Below, in pieces: positions 46,137 to 56,040 of a stretch of 64,000 bases of DNA. Below the pieces are notes generated by a model. It did not search any database. It was not told the origin of the DNA and worked only from the letters and a program-made list of their open reading frames with translations. Made by a program: the position numbers and the translations under genes. The DNA is from a virus. Its lineage: Duplodnaviria; Caudoviricetes. Every line of letters begins with the position of its first letter. The stretch's first letter is position 1. The stretch is taken from positions 96,001 through 160,000 of IMG/VR virus record IMGVR_UViG_3300042888_002988; one strand, 5' to 3'.

Positions 46137-46534
46137 AAGCTATAAAAGTCATATTCGGGGGGGCCAACAAGGTGGCTATCGACTGGAACGGTTCAGTTGA
46201 CGGATTGACTGCGGTCGCGCAACGCGCCGGCATCTCGCTGATGACGCAGGAAGGCTCGGACAAGTTCCTGCCAGCGCGCGGCACCAACGTGTCGCGGGTG
46301 CTGTTCAGCTACGGCGCGTTCGATGTCATGGGAATGCAGCACGTGCTCAATTTCGGGGCGTTGAAAGCTCGCAGCGACATGCAAGCCTTCGACGAACCTT
46401 CCCGCGCGCCGGAGGACAGGGTCATCGCGATCCGCACGACGCTGATCACCGTGAAGAACAACGCCGCCCAGGTGGGCGTCACCGTATCCAACCAAGCCGG
46501 GCAGACGACCCGGGCCATCACTGAAATCGAATGA
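46133..46534 (+). CDS. Baseplate wedge / sheath initiator (gp25-like)
   Basis: FLPARGTNV motif, size and position directly before the baseplate J-like gene. Confidence 0.7.
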   Translation: MKAIKVIFGGANKVAIDWNGSVDGLTAVAQRAGISLMTQEGSDKFLPARGTNVSRVLFSYGAFDVMGMQHVLNFGALKARSDMQAFDEPSRAPEDRVIAIRTTLITVKNNAAQVGVTVSNQAGQTTRAITEIE

Positions 46535-48282
46535 ACCTGAGCTTCACCCAAGAATACTACCCGTCCGTCGAGGAACTCACACCAGAGCAGATCACCGCTG
46601 CTCGCGAGCAGATTGTCACCGCCCTGCGGCCGTTCATGCCCGACGTGGACTTGACGCCCGGAACGCCGACGGGTGACTTCGTGGTCACGCCCATGGCGGT
46701 CTACCGCGCCGCAGCTGAGGAAGCCAACAATCGCCTGATGAGCGACCTGGACCTGGCGAACGTCGCGGACGGTCTGATCTACTCGTGCGAGTTCGTCAAA
46801 GCCTACCTCGGCAACTTCGCCGTCTACGATGTCGACAACCTGCGCGCCAGCGGGTTGGTGCGGTTGACTTTCACCAGTCCCCTCGCGAGGGATATCGCCC
46901 GCACCATTCGGTTCCAGTTCAACACCGAGGACGACTGGACGCTGATGGTGGCTGATCCGAATACCACAGTCATCAAGATCCTGCAGGCCGGCAGCGCCCA
47001 TAACGGCCAGCCGGACACCTACGTCCTCGCGCAGACCACAGCGAACACATGGGCCGTTGACGTGCCGGTGGAGGGAGTGCTGAGCGCGCCGATCGAGGCA
47101 GGCACCGCCGGTGCCGCCACCGAAATTGCCACGGATCTCGTCGGGATCGCCGCAGCGATCAAGTTCATGTCCGGCGTGCCGTCCGCGTCGCTCCCCGATC
47201 TGGCCAGGATGGCTCGCAAGATTGCATTCTCAATCACGGCCGGCTCGCGCGCCTCCACGAAAGCACTGGTGTATCGCAACTGGCCCGAGTCCAACATGGT
47301 GTCGCCGGTCGTTCCAGGCGACGACGAGATGCAGCGAATGGCCGCGCTGTCGCCACTGGGACTGCAGTCGCCGGCCGTGGATCTCTACTTCCGCTCGGCG
47401 CGCGACATGCAGCGTGTCACCCAGAACATCCGACTGGATTATGTGAACGCTGCCGGTGCGCCGGCCGCCAAGGTTTTCCGCGGCGTGCTGCCTCTCCTGC
47501 ACCGGCCCTCGCGCATCCTGGGCATCGAGTGGTCCGGAACCTCAACTGAGTCCAAGGTGATCAACTACCGGGTGTTCAGCAAATCCGAGCGCGCCGACCT
47601 TTTCGGAAGTTCGCACTGCGGCACCCGGTTCGAGTCACTGTATGCGCAACTGGTGCCGGTCCTTGACGGCTCCTCCACCCCGCTCATCCCGTTGAGTCAG
47701 GATGTCAACGGGCAATACGCCATCTTCACGATCACCTACGACTGCGACCCGCTGCTGGAGACGGTATCGTCGCTCCTTGAGTCGCCGGAGTATCGACCTG
47801 CGGGCGTGGATGTGCTGGTGAAATCGGGCCCGTTGGTTCTGTTCGAGGACCTGGCCATTACCTACGTCAAGAAACAGGGCGTGAAGACCACGCTCAACAC
47901 CGCGCGTGAACGCATCGTCGAGTATCTGCGCACAGCTGGACACCCGGACGACTTCCGGGTGACGGAGCTTTACGACATCGTCCGCAACGCCGGAGCCGAC
48001 AAGGTGCTGCAGCTGACTGCCTCCGGTCAGATCCTGGTATCGGCCGCGAACAAGCTGTTCCGTGCCGCGGTCACGTCACCGCTGGCGACCGCGAATTGGG
48101 ACACCCCGTCGGACTGGTTGCAGGTCATCCCATTCGTCGCCGTTGAAGAAGTTGCCGCTCCGGCGATCATCATCAACGGTCCCATGTCTCCCGGCGGCCC
48201 GACGGATATCTGGGCGGCCACCAATCGCACGGTGCGCTATGCGACAGACCCCTCAAGCGTGAGATTCATTGAAACCTCCTGA
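46531..48282 (+). CDS. Baseplate wedge protein (gpJ/gp6-like)
   Basis: PDVDLTPGTPTGDFVV N-terminus, RASGLVRLTF and AIEAGTAG patterns, SLPDLARMAR helix. Confidence 0.75.
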   Translation: MNLSFTQEYYPSVEELTPEQITAAREQIVTALRPFMPDVDLTPGTPTGDFVVTPMAVYRAAAEEANNRLMSDLDLANVADGLIYSCEFVKAYLGNFAVYDVDNLRASGLVRLTFTSPLARDIARTIRFQFNTEDDWTLMVADPNTTVIKILQAGSAHNGQPDTYVLAQTTANTWAVDVPVEGVLSAPIEAGTAGAATEIATDLVGIAAAIKFMSGVPSASLPDLARMARKIAFSITAGSRASTKALVYRNWPESNMVSPVVPGDDEMQRMAALSPLGLQSPAVDLYFRSARDMQRVTQNIRLDYVNAAGAPAAKVFRGVLPLLHRPSRILGIEWSGTSTESKVINYRVFSKSERADLFGSSHCGTRFESLYAQLVPVLDGSSTPLIPLSQDVNGQYAIFTITYDCDPLLETVSSLLESPEYRPAGVDVLVKSGPLVLFEDLAITYVKKQGVKTTLNTARERIVEYLRTAGHPDDFRVTELYDIVRNAGADKVLQLTASGQILVSAANKLFRAAVTSPLATANWDTPSDWLQVIPFVAVEEVAAPAIIINGPMSPGGPTDIWAATNRTVRYATDPSSVRFIETS

Positions 48283-49811
48283 TGAAAGCAGACTACGAAC
48301 TTCGGCACAAGCTATACGGGCAGCAGGGATCCCTGTGGGAACGCCAAGTGGACGACGTGACTCGCGGTCGCATCCGCGCGATCGTGTCCGAGGCTGGCCA
48401 CGCCTCCACGCTGGCGACACTTGATCGAGTGGCGGCCGGCGCTGTGAACGAGGGCCAGGTGCTCGTGGAGGATACCTTTTTCCGCTTCGTGGACGGCGAC
48501 TTCGCAGTGGTCGGAAGACGCCAGCGTGATTACAACCACCGCAGTGTGGTGCTGTCCGACGGCTCGCGTGTATACGTGGGCTACCGAGCGGGCGCCGGCA
48601 GCTACAGCGCTGATCCGATCCCCACAATACTGGCGAACGTATCCGATGCTTTCCTGAGTTACATCGACGGCACTCGTATGGGCATCAACGGCGACGCGAC
48701 GCGGGACTGGTATCTCGTGCCGACGCCGTCGACGCTGCGACCCATCGTCATCCAAGGAAAGAACTTCGGTGAGTATCTCATCCAGGGCGTGGACTTCTTG
48801 GCGTTTGACGGCTACATCGCGCTCACCGACTCGCCGACCGAAGTGCTCCCGCTGGGGCTGGTGAAGGTGAACTCGGCCTACCGCAAGGTTTCGTCGCCCA
48901 ACAACTTCGTGCTCTCCGCGCCGGCCCAGCGCACAGGCCACAAGTGGATGGCCGAGTATGCCTACAAGACGCAATCGGTGGAAGCCTGCCGGCGCGCGGC
49001 AGCCGAGTATGCCGGCCTCTACGTTTTCGACGAAGCCGACGTGGCGCTGAGTGTCTATGACATGGGCGGCGTCGCGAGAACCTACAACATGGCCGTGGCC
49101 GGAGTGCTGGAGATCACCTACCCCCACACACCGCTGACGCTGCGACAGACGGTGGAAGCTGGCTTCGTGCTGTGTCGCCGTTTCGATCTGGTGTCAGCGC
49201 GACACCTAGCCGAAGACAACGCCCTGAGAAATGCAGCCAGCGGATGGGATTACCCTTTCGCGCTGGACGGTGTCCTGCCTGTCAACGGTCTCACTTGGGA
49301 CGGCGGCACGGTCACCATCGAAGCCGGCGCCACAGATCCCGGCACCGGTAAAGTGCATGCCCGCATGATGTTTGAAGGCGAGCAGGAAACGCTCGAGGCA
49401 CTATGGCGACTGACCGCCGCGCAGGAACTCGCCACAGGTGAGTTCCTGGTGGACACGCCGCTGCTCAGCGGTGGATTTCCGGGTGTGGTGGACGGGTGGG
49501 ATTTGTTCCAAACCTTCTACGGCTCGCAGCTGCTGCTGGCGCTCGCCTCAAGTCACGATCCAACGATCAACAGCCGGCTGTGGCGTTTCCTGTCCGAGCA
49601 TCACCCGAAGTCATGCAACCTGCTGCTCAGTATAGATCTCGCGGCGGAGACTGTCCCCGTCACCGGCGGCAGCGGCGAGCCGCTGGTGGACGAGGTGGGA
49701 GAGTATGTCGCCGCGCCGCTGATTGAACCGTGCGAGGAGTTCCTGCTGGCCGTCCTCGGTAACCCGCTGTATGTCGTCGGCAATCCGCTGACCTACACGC
49801 TATGCTCCTAA
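48282..49811 (+). CDS. Baseplate wedge partner (gpI/gp7-like)
   Basis: Follows the J-like gene with TGATG coupling; YGQQGSLW and YLIQGVDF motifs. Confidence 0.5.
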   Translation: MKADYELRHKLYGQQGSLWERQVDDVTRGRIRAIVSEAGHASTLATLDRVAAGAVNEGQVLVEDTFFRFVDGDFAVVGRRQRDYNHRSVVLSDGSRVYVGYRAGAGSYSADPIPTILANVSDAFLSYIDGTRMGINGDATRDWYLVPTPSTLRPIVIQGKNFGEYLIQGVDFLAFDGYIALTDSPTEVLPLGLVKVNSAYRKVSSPNNFVLSAPAQRTGHKWMAEYAYKTQSVEACRRAAAEYAGLYVFDEADVALSVYDMGGVARTYNMAVAGVLEITYPHTPLTLRQTVEAGFVLCRRFDLVSARHLAEDNALRNAASGWDYPFALDGVLPVNGLTWDGGTVTIEAGATDPGTGKVHARMMFEGEQETLEALWRLTAAQELATGEFLVDTPLLSGGFPGVVDGWDLFQTFYGSQLLLALASSHDPTINSRLWRFLSEHHPKSCNLLLSIDLAAETVPVTGGSGEPLVDEVGEYVAAPLIEPCEEFLLAVLGNPLYVVGNPLTYTLCS

Positions 49812-49833
49812 CAACCCAAATACCCTCGAGCAC

Positions 49834-50427
49834 ATGTTCAAACTGATCAGAGACCAGACATCCATCGGCGATGTGCTGAGCAACCGCGGACTGTGGCCGG
49901 TGAGCTACTCTGCCTACTACACGGAGAACAATCAACCGGCCGCCATCTTCGTGATGCATTCATCACCGAGCCCGGATGTATTTGCTGACAGCTTTTCTTG
50001 CGTGGTCAGCGCCATCCAAATGACGGACTTGCCGGCGACGGCTCCGGAATTAGGGAGTCCGTTCTACAGGGTGTCTAGTTTCACCAAGCTTTTCCAGGAC
50101 GCCGTTTCCGCCGTCGCTTTCGATGAGAAGATCAAGGCCCTCACGCAGGACCTGGTAAATAATCTATACGCCGCGGGACAGCTGAGCGAAGTGCAGAACA
50201 CCGTATTCGAGCCTCTGGGCGGTGGTGGCACCGACGTCCCAGCCCCCAGCAGCGGATCTGACCCAGGCAGCGTCGGCAGCGAATCTGACTCTGGCAGCGG
50301 ATCTGACCCAGGCAGCGTCGGCAGCGAATCTGACTCTGGCAGTGGCTCCGACCCAGGCAGCGTCGGCAGCGAATCTGACTCTGGCAGTGGCTCCGACTCA
50401 GGCAGCTTCGGCAGCACGTCAGGCTGA
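49834..50427 (+). CDS. Virion protein with Ser/Gly/Asp repeat tail; paralog of the next gene
   Basis: MFKLIRDQ...AAIFVM...DVFADS core followed by SGSDPGSVGSESDSG repeats. Confidence 0.7.
   Translation: MFKLIRDQTSIGDVLSNRGLWPVSYSAYYTENNQPAAIFVMHSSPSPDVFADSFSCVVSAIQMTDLPATAPELGSPFYRVSSFTKLFQDAVSAVAFDEKIKALTQDLVNNLYAAGQLSEVQNTVFEPLGGGGTDVPAPSSGSDPGSVGSESDSGSGSDPGSVGSESDSGSGSDPGSVGSESDSGSGSDSGSFGSTSG
50251..50415 (+). repeat. 45-nt coding tandem repeat (three copies plus a partial)
   Basis: agcggatctgacccaggcagcgtcggcagcgaatctgactctggc-type units start at 50251, 50296, 50341 and 50386. Confidence 0.92.
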
Positions 50428-50439
50428 CAGTCGCGCGTC

Positions 50440-50468
50440 TTGTATTTTCGATCCAACTCAAGTATCCT
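50440..50468 (+). promoter_or_regulatory. sigma70-like promoter TTGTAT-17-TATCCT
   Basis: ATG at 50475 lies 6 nt after the -10 box. Confidence 0.55.
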
Positions 50469-50474
50469 ACCGCA

Positions 50475-50867
50475 ATGTTCCGGCTGATCAGAGATGAAAC
50501 GACACCCACAGTAATGGTTGGCAGCCGCCATCAATGGGCCGTGCGCTTCACCGCGAGCCGCACCTTGAATTCTGCGCCCGCCGCGATCTTCGTCATGCGG
50601 AAAGCGCTGGCAACCGACGTGTTTGCTGACAGCCTCATCAGCGTCGCGAACGCGCTGCAGATGAGCGCACTGCCGATAGCTCCGCCAGATGTAGACGATC
50701 AGGTTTACCGGGCGAGCACCGTGACGCACCTCTGCCGCAGCGAAAAAGCCGCGGAAGAGTTCGTCAGCAAGATGGAGTTCGCCGTGCAGTATCTAGTCGA
50801 GGATCTCCACGCCGCCGACGGACTCAGCCAGCCGGAGGAAACACTAATCACGCCCGACAATGACTGA
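50475..50867 (+). CDS. Virion protein, paralog of the upstream gene without the Ser tail
   Basis: MFRLIRDE...AAIFVM...DVFADS. Confidence 0.7.
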   Translation: MFRLIRDETTPTVMVGSRHQWAVRFTASRTLNSAPAAIFVMRKALATDVFADSLISVANALQMSALPIAPPDVDDQVYRASTVTHLCRSEKAAEEFVSKMEFAVQYLVEDLHAADGLSQPEETLITPDND

Positions 50868-51387
50868 TTTCGCCATACCCTACCTGATGGAGATCGAGCC
50901 GCGGCGTGTTGACGGCATGCTGGTGCCTCCCATGCGTCAGGACTTCAACCTGCCTGGGATCATGGTGCTGCAACCGCTGCCGCCGGAATACGATACGGTG
51001 ACCATGGAGCGCGCGCCTTACCTGACCATTCTTGACCTGTGGGCTCGGCAGGGCGACACCTTCCTGTCCCGGGACATTGCTCGTTTCCTGCAGCCGAACG
51101 GCACGCCGGTGGCTGTGCAGTCGGCCCGCATGCAGATACGCCTCGCTGGCGGTGCGGCCCTCTACGAGTGGACCACCGAGGGCGTCAGTCCGAATATGCT
51201 CATCGGAGAGTCGGACAACCTTCTCACGCTGCTGCAGGTTGCGCCGGAAGTCACGGACCTGTGGGTGGCCGGACAGCATCGCTACGATCTCGAAGTGACG
51301 TTCGTGGGCGGGCAAGTATTGACTCCTGTGGGCGGTGCTTTTACTGTAGCCGAGGACGTTACCAACGATGATCCACCGACCCCATGA
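50860..51387 (+). CDS. Fibre-attachment/adaptor protein (BppU-N-like)
   Basis: ARMQIR...RYDLEVTFVGGQVLTPVGGAFTVAEDVT pattern. Confidence 0.6.
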   Translation: MTDFAIPYLMEIEPRRVDGMLVPPMRQDFNLPGIMVLQPLPPEYDTVTMERAPYLTILDLWARQGDTFLSRDIARFLQPNGTPVAVQSARMQIRLAGGAALYEWTTEGVSPNMLIGESDNLLTLLQVAPEVTDLWVAGQHRYDLEVTFVGGQVLTPVGGAFTVAEDVTNDDPPTP

Positions 51388-52226
51388 GCGACCCTATCGA
51401 AGTCATTGTTCAGGTTCCACCGACAGGCCCTCCCAGCCCGCCGTTGCGGATCGGCATTGGCCCGCCCGGACCTCAAGGGATCCAGGGTGTCAAAGGGGAC
51501 AAAGGTGATACCGGTGACACGGGGTCACAGGGAGCCACCGGACTTCAAGGGATCCAGGGTGTCAAAGGGGACAAAGGTGATACCGGTGCGCAAGGAGCCA
51601 CCGGCCAGCAGGGTATACAGGGGGAACAAGGGCCAGCGCCTTGGACTTTTGTCGGAGCTTACGACAATGGGGCTGACTATGGCTTTAATGCGGCGGTAAC
51701 TTATCAAGGCGGTTTCTACTACAGAACAGGTAACCCAAACAATCCGGGATACCCGCCGACGCCTGGAGCAATCAATGCATCGTGGACGCCTGTTGCCGAC
51801 AGGGGCGAGCAAGGTGCCACTGGTGATGTAGGTCCGCAGGGAGTCAAAGGCGACACTGGCGACATCGGTCCGCAAGGCGCCACTGGCCCGCAGGGTTCCC
51901 AAGGTGACCAGGGTGTCCAAGGAGAGCAAGGTGTCCAAGGAGAACAAGGTATCCAAGGCGACCAAGGCGGTCAGGGTATCCAAGGTGACCAGGGTGCCCA
52001 AGGAGAGCAAGGTGTCCAAGGAGAACAAGGTATCCAAGGCGACCAAGGCGGTCAGGGTATCCAAGGTGACCAGGGCGTGGCTGGGCCAAACGAATTGACA
52101 CAGTATACTTCGAGCGACGGCACTGCTACCTTGCAAATAGATACGCTGGATGCTAATCAAATGACAATAGGCGGACGAGCCGTATCTACCAAGAATTTTA
52201 CCATCGCAATGGCTATCGCATTATGA
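51384..52226 (+). CDS. Collagen-like tail fibre with an inserted small aromatic carbohydrate-binding-like module
   Basis: Two G-X-Y tracts flanking WTFVGAYDNGADY...VTYQGGFYY...SWT; nucleotide-level duplications within the collagen tract. Confidence 0.85.
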   Translation: MSDPIEVIVQVPPTGPPSPPLRIGIGPPGPQGIQGVKGDKGDTGDTGSQGATGLQGIQGVKGDKGDTGAQGATGQQGIQGEQGPAPWTFVGAYDNGADYGFNAAVTYQGGFYYRTGNPNNPGYPPTPGAINASWTPVADRGEQGATGDVGPQGVKGDTGDIGPQGATGPQGSQGDQGVQGEQGVQGEQGIQGDQGGQGIQGDQGAQGEQGVQGEQGIQGDQGGQGIQGDQGVAGPNELTQYTSSDGTATLQIDTLDANQMTIGGRAVSTKNFTIAMAIAL

Positions 52227-52807
52227 AAACACTTTGCCAGACCTATAGTCTGAGCGGATCAGAGCTAACGCTAAGCGTGACTTTTCCGCTCAATCAAGAA
52301 TCGATCTTGCTGATCACTGATGTCGATAATAACGACATTCTCTACAATTTTGCAGATCCAACACGCGGCGGCGTTTTGGTAGGCAACCTCATGATCTTGA
52401 ATTACGTCGGATTGGCAACCGGCACTACACGTTTGCAGATTTACTTGGACGACGGAAATGCACCAGCTTCCGAAGCTGGACTTCAGTCGATCACGAATCT
52501 GTCGACCGACACAAACGCATTACTCAATTCGCTTTCTGAAGCACTTAACGTACTCCAGAGGATCGCCAAAAACTTAGAGTCTCTGCAAGTCGTCGATGCC
52601 AACCAACGCCAGCGGGTGACAGTCGATTCCATCGCCGGCAGCTTGACGCTAGGAACCGTCACGACAGTAAGCACAGTCACCGCAGTCTCCGGAGTCGGGA
52701 GCGTGACGTCATTGAACCAGCTAGGCGGTGTTCCGACCATCTTCCTTCAAACCGACGTAGCCCGACAAGCCTTTGCCACTGGTATCCGCCGAAATCTAAC
52801 CTTCTAA
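52223..52807 (+). CDS. Tail fibre-associated protein
   Basis: Beta-rich N-domain, coiled coil and T/V/S-rich beta segment; located between fibre genes. Confidence 0.6.
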   Translation: MKTLCQTYSLSGSELTLSVTFPLNQESILLITDVDNNDILYNFADPTRGGVLVGNLMILNYVGLATGTTRLQIYLDDGNAPASEAGLQSITNLSTDTNALLNSLSEALNVLQRIAKNLESLQVVDANQRQRVTVDSIAGSLTLGTVTTVSTVTAVSGVGSVTSLNQLGGVPTIFLQTDVARQAFATGIRRNLTF

Positions 52808-52813
52808 TAGAAC

Positions 52814-55669
52814 ATGTCATACACAAGCAATCTCAAAAAAGTAGTGGATCTTCCGGTCTGGGAGTGGATGCGCGTCGCTCCTGCCACAACCTCGGCGCTG
52901 ACCTGCCTCACCGCTGCAAACACCCTCAACAACCGTTATCTGTACTACCTGGCGACCAACACACTGTTTCGTTACGACACGCACACAGACTGCTGGCAAC
53001 AACTCGCAAGCTCGATCAACGTCAACATTACATTGATCGAGGCTGGCTACACGTCGGCCATGGGTCACCCGGGTCGCGCGATCGCAGGCGGTGCTTCGAC
53101 GATCACCTTGGCTGGACTTGGTGGTAACGCTCTCGTCGGTCAAAAAATTCGCATTACCGGCGGGACGGGCGCGGGACAAGAGCGGACTATCACAGCTGTC
53201 AGCGCGCCGACCATCCACGATCGCGGTATCGTCGTTGGTTCGTCGACATCCAGCATCATCGATTCCTCATCAGGTATCCTCACCAAGACCTGGCGTCCTA
53301 ACAAGTGGCGTGATTATCAAGTGCGCGTGTTCTTCGGTACGTTTTCCGGGTTGGTGCGTCCCATCCTACAAAACTCAGGAACGACCCTATTCTTCTCTGA
53401 CGCCGGCACGAATGTCATCAACGTGTGGAACGCGCCGACCGCATCAGGCACAGTCCCAGTGAACTCATTTTACCAGATCGAGTCCCACGTCGCAACGGTC
53501 GATTCGCCGTGGGACGTGCAACCTGACAGCACGTCTACGTTCATGATCATGTCTGGCGGGCTGTGGTCGATATCAAGCAATGCCGGCGGATTCTGCATCC
53601 ATTACTACGACGTGCTCGGTGATTACTGGTATCAGAAATCAAACGTCACTGGCCATCTGGGAGCCATCGGAACGGCGATTGCGTTCGAGCGTTTTACTGA
53701 ATCTGGAGGGGCAATTCTGACCGGCCTATCTGCCACTTCAGCTGCCGCAAGAACTCTAACCAATTCGTTAGCGAATATGGGGGTCAACCGTTACGCGAAC
53801 ATGGAGATCCGCATCACCAGCGGCATCGCAAAAGGACAGATCAAAACCATTCTGGCCAACTCACCCACCACATTCTACTTTGCCAGCCCTTTCAACGTGA
53901 CACCCAACGCGGACGACACCTACGAGGTGTGGCGTGACTGTGGAAAGCTACTCGTGGCTGGTATGGCTGGCGCGCCAATTCAAATGTATACTGCCGGCGA
54001 GGATCTCTGGGCGTCCGGTCGAATCTTTGATGTAGGTATTAGTCGCCCGGCGACTGTCACAGGCGCTGGGTTTGCTCCTATGGGTGTGGTCAGTATCACG
54101 AGGACCTCGAATTTGTATGGCGCAACCGCCATCAATCCTATTCCGTCCTCTGGCGGTACCGGTTATCAAGTCGGGCAAATGCTCACGCTCGGAACTCCGT
54201 CTGGAGGTGTCGGGGCCTCTGCGGTGATCACGGATGTTAGCTCCACCGGAGCGGTCACCGGCGTGGCACTCGTCGCGCCTGGCGCTCCTGCCGTCAACGG
54301 ATACATTACCGGTAATAGATCTACAACGGTGACGCCCGTCGGAGGCACCGGCTGTATCGTCAACGTCACGGCCGTCGGAGAAATTGCGACAGTGACATTA
54401 TCATCGAACGCGCCTTTTAAGCTTGGTGATTCTGTTACCATCGCCGGCGCAGTCCAATCGGACTATAACGGCTCGAAATCGATCATTGGTATACCGACTG
54501 CCACGACTTTCAACTTCTCGCTGGGAGTGGCCGCCCCAGTTACGCCAGCAACTTTCACCGCAATACAGTCCACTACGACCGTCGCAGACATTGCCAAGAA
54601 CTGGATTCCAAACGAGCACGTCGGTAAAATTCTGACACTCACGTCAACTGTCGGTCAAACCGTAGCGGCCACGCACCGTGTGATTGCGTCCAACACGTCA
54701 AATACGATCACAGTCGTCGGAACCAACTTCACACCAACAGTCGGTGTGTCGCAGTATTTGATTCAGGACATACGTTGCTTCGGTACTGAAATGTCGGTCG
54801 GCGCTCGCACCGGCGGCGGACGTTCGGGATTTGCCAGCGGCGGTTCCACCTCCACGCTTGTCGACGCGTCCAAAAATTGGCCACCAGCTTACTGGATTGG
54901 ACGCAAGGTCCAAATCGTCGCCGGAACCGGTATAGGTGCTATTCTGACAATCACTGCAAACTCCGCCACGACGCTGACCTACGCGACGCAGACGTTCACC
55001 CCTGACGCAACCACAGTTTACCAAATTCACGACTGCTTCGGAGTGGCGACCGGCGGATCAGGCACGACGCTGGTCGACACCACCCAGAACTGGGGCACCA
55101 ACATCCACGTCGGCAAGCAGGTCAAATACACTATTGCTGCTACCGGTGCGTGGGTATACGCTACCGTGACTTCAAACACATCGAACACGCTGACGTTTGC
55201 GACCGCAACAGCGCCTGATGCGACATCCGCGTATTCGATCCTAGAGTCTCAACTAATGGGCGCTGGTATTCACATGGACTGCGTTACCGGGTGCTCCGAT
55301 CCTAGCATCAACAATCGCTACCTTTACAAGTGGACCGGAGGAGGTTCTGCTCAGCTCACGCGCTATGACTTCACGACTGAGCAATTTGAGACATTGGTTT
55401 ATTTCCCTCAAGGTGAGACGCTAAACGCAGGGTCGATGTTTGCCTACGACGGAGTAGATCGTATCTACTTCACCAAGGACATCTCTGGGCGTGTGTTCTA
55501 CTACGACGTGGTTAAGAACCTCGTCGTGCCGTTCGGAGTCATTCCATACGGCATGGGAGTTGCCGTCATTGGTAACCGCATGGAAGTCATTGAGTCGCCT
55601 GACGGGGTGAGGTTCCTCTACATCATGCGTCACACCGGCGTTGAGATGTGGCGCGCCTTGATACCGTGA
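52814..55669 (+). CDS. Large receptor-binding fibre protein: kelch-like propeller blades with six inserted beta repeats
   Basis: Blades LFRYDTHTDCWQQLA, HYYDVLGDYWYQ, LTRYDFTTEQF, FYYDVVKN; repeats GGS.TTLVD...NW...G..V.I..GTG.G....I..N...TLT. Confidence 0.65.
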   Translation: MSYTSNLKKVVDLPVWEWMRVAPATTSALTCLTAANTLNNRYLYYLATNTLFRYDTHTDCWQQLASSINVNITLIEAGYTSAMGHPGRAIAGGASTITLAGLGGNALVGQKIRITGGTGAGQERTITAVSAPTIHDRGIVVGSSTSSIIDSSSGILTKTWRPNKWRDYQVRVFFGTFSGLVRPILQNSGTTLFFSDAGTNVINVWNAPTASGTVPVNSFYQIESHVATVDSPWDVQPDSTSTFMIMSGGLWSISSNAGGFCIHYYDVLGDYWYQKSNVTGHLGAIGTAIAFERFTESGGAILTGLSATSAAARTLTNSLANMGVNRYANMEIRITSGIAKGQIKTILANSPTTFYFASPFNVTPNADDTYEVWRDCGKLLVAGMAGAPIQMYTAGEDLWASGRIFDVGISRPATVTGAGFAPMGVVSITRTSNLYGATAINPIPSSGGTGYQVGQMLTLGTPSGGVGASAVITDVSSTGAVTGVALVAPGAPAVNGYITGNRSTTVTPVGGTGCIVNVTAVGEIATVTLSSNAPFKLGDSVTIAGAVQSDYNGSKSIIGIPTATTFNFSLGVAAPVTPATFTAIQSTTTVADIAKNWIPNEHVGKILTLTSTVGQTVAATHRVIASNTSNTITVVGTNFTPTVGVSQYLIQDIRCFGTEMSVGARTGGGRSGFASGGSTSTLVDASKNWPPAYWIGRKVQIVAGTGIGAILTITANSATTLTYATQTFTPDATTVYQIHDCFGVATGGSGTTLVDTTQNWGTNIHVGKQVKYTIAATGAWVYATVTSNTSNTLTFATATAPDATSAYSILESQLMGAGIHMDCVTGCSDPSINNRYLYKWTGGGSAQLTRYDFTTEQFETLVYFPQGETLNAGSMFAYDGVDRIYFTKDISGRVFYYDVVKNLVVPFGVIPYGMGVAVIGNRMEVIESPDGVRFLYIMRHTGVEMWRALIP

Positions 55670-55708
55670 CAACCCACTCCTACGAACCGCATACGATAGA
55701 TCAAAATT

Positions 55709-56038
55709 ATGGCTGAAATACTCATCCCAGAAGTAAAGGAAACGCCGCCTTCGGCAGCGCGCGTGGCTGCCGTAGACCTCCTGAAAGACCGGCGCGAGCT
55801 GGCCGTAGCGATTGTCGAAGGGCAGCGACGCCTTTTCGACCGCCTGTGGAAGTCACCGGATGCCACGCCCGAGGACATCCTCCGTGAGCTTGGCACTGAC
55901 GCCTCGGCGTTCTTCACAGAGGGAGGACTGCTCGTGGAGTTTCTGATGGCGACAAAGACGGTCCGGATGTCTGAGGCCGAATACGCCCCGCCAGTGGCTT
56001 ACACCGCGCACGACGACGGGACGGTGACGTTGAATTAG
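55709..56038 (+). CDS. Small hypothetical protein (possible fibre chaperone)
   Basis: 109-aa ORF directly after the fibre gene. Confidence 0.55.
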   Translation: MAEILIPEVKETPPSAARVAAVDLLKDRRELAVAIVEGQRRLFDRLWKSPDATPEDILRELGTDASAFFTEGGLLVEFLMATKTVRMSEAEYAPPVAYTAHDDGTVTLN

Positions 56039-56040
56039 TA

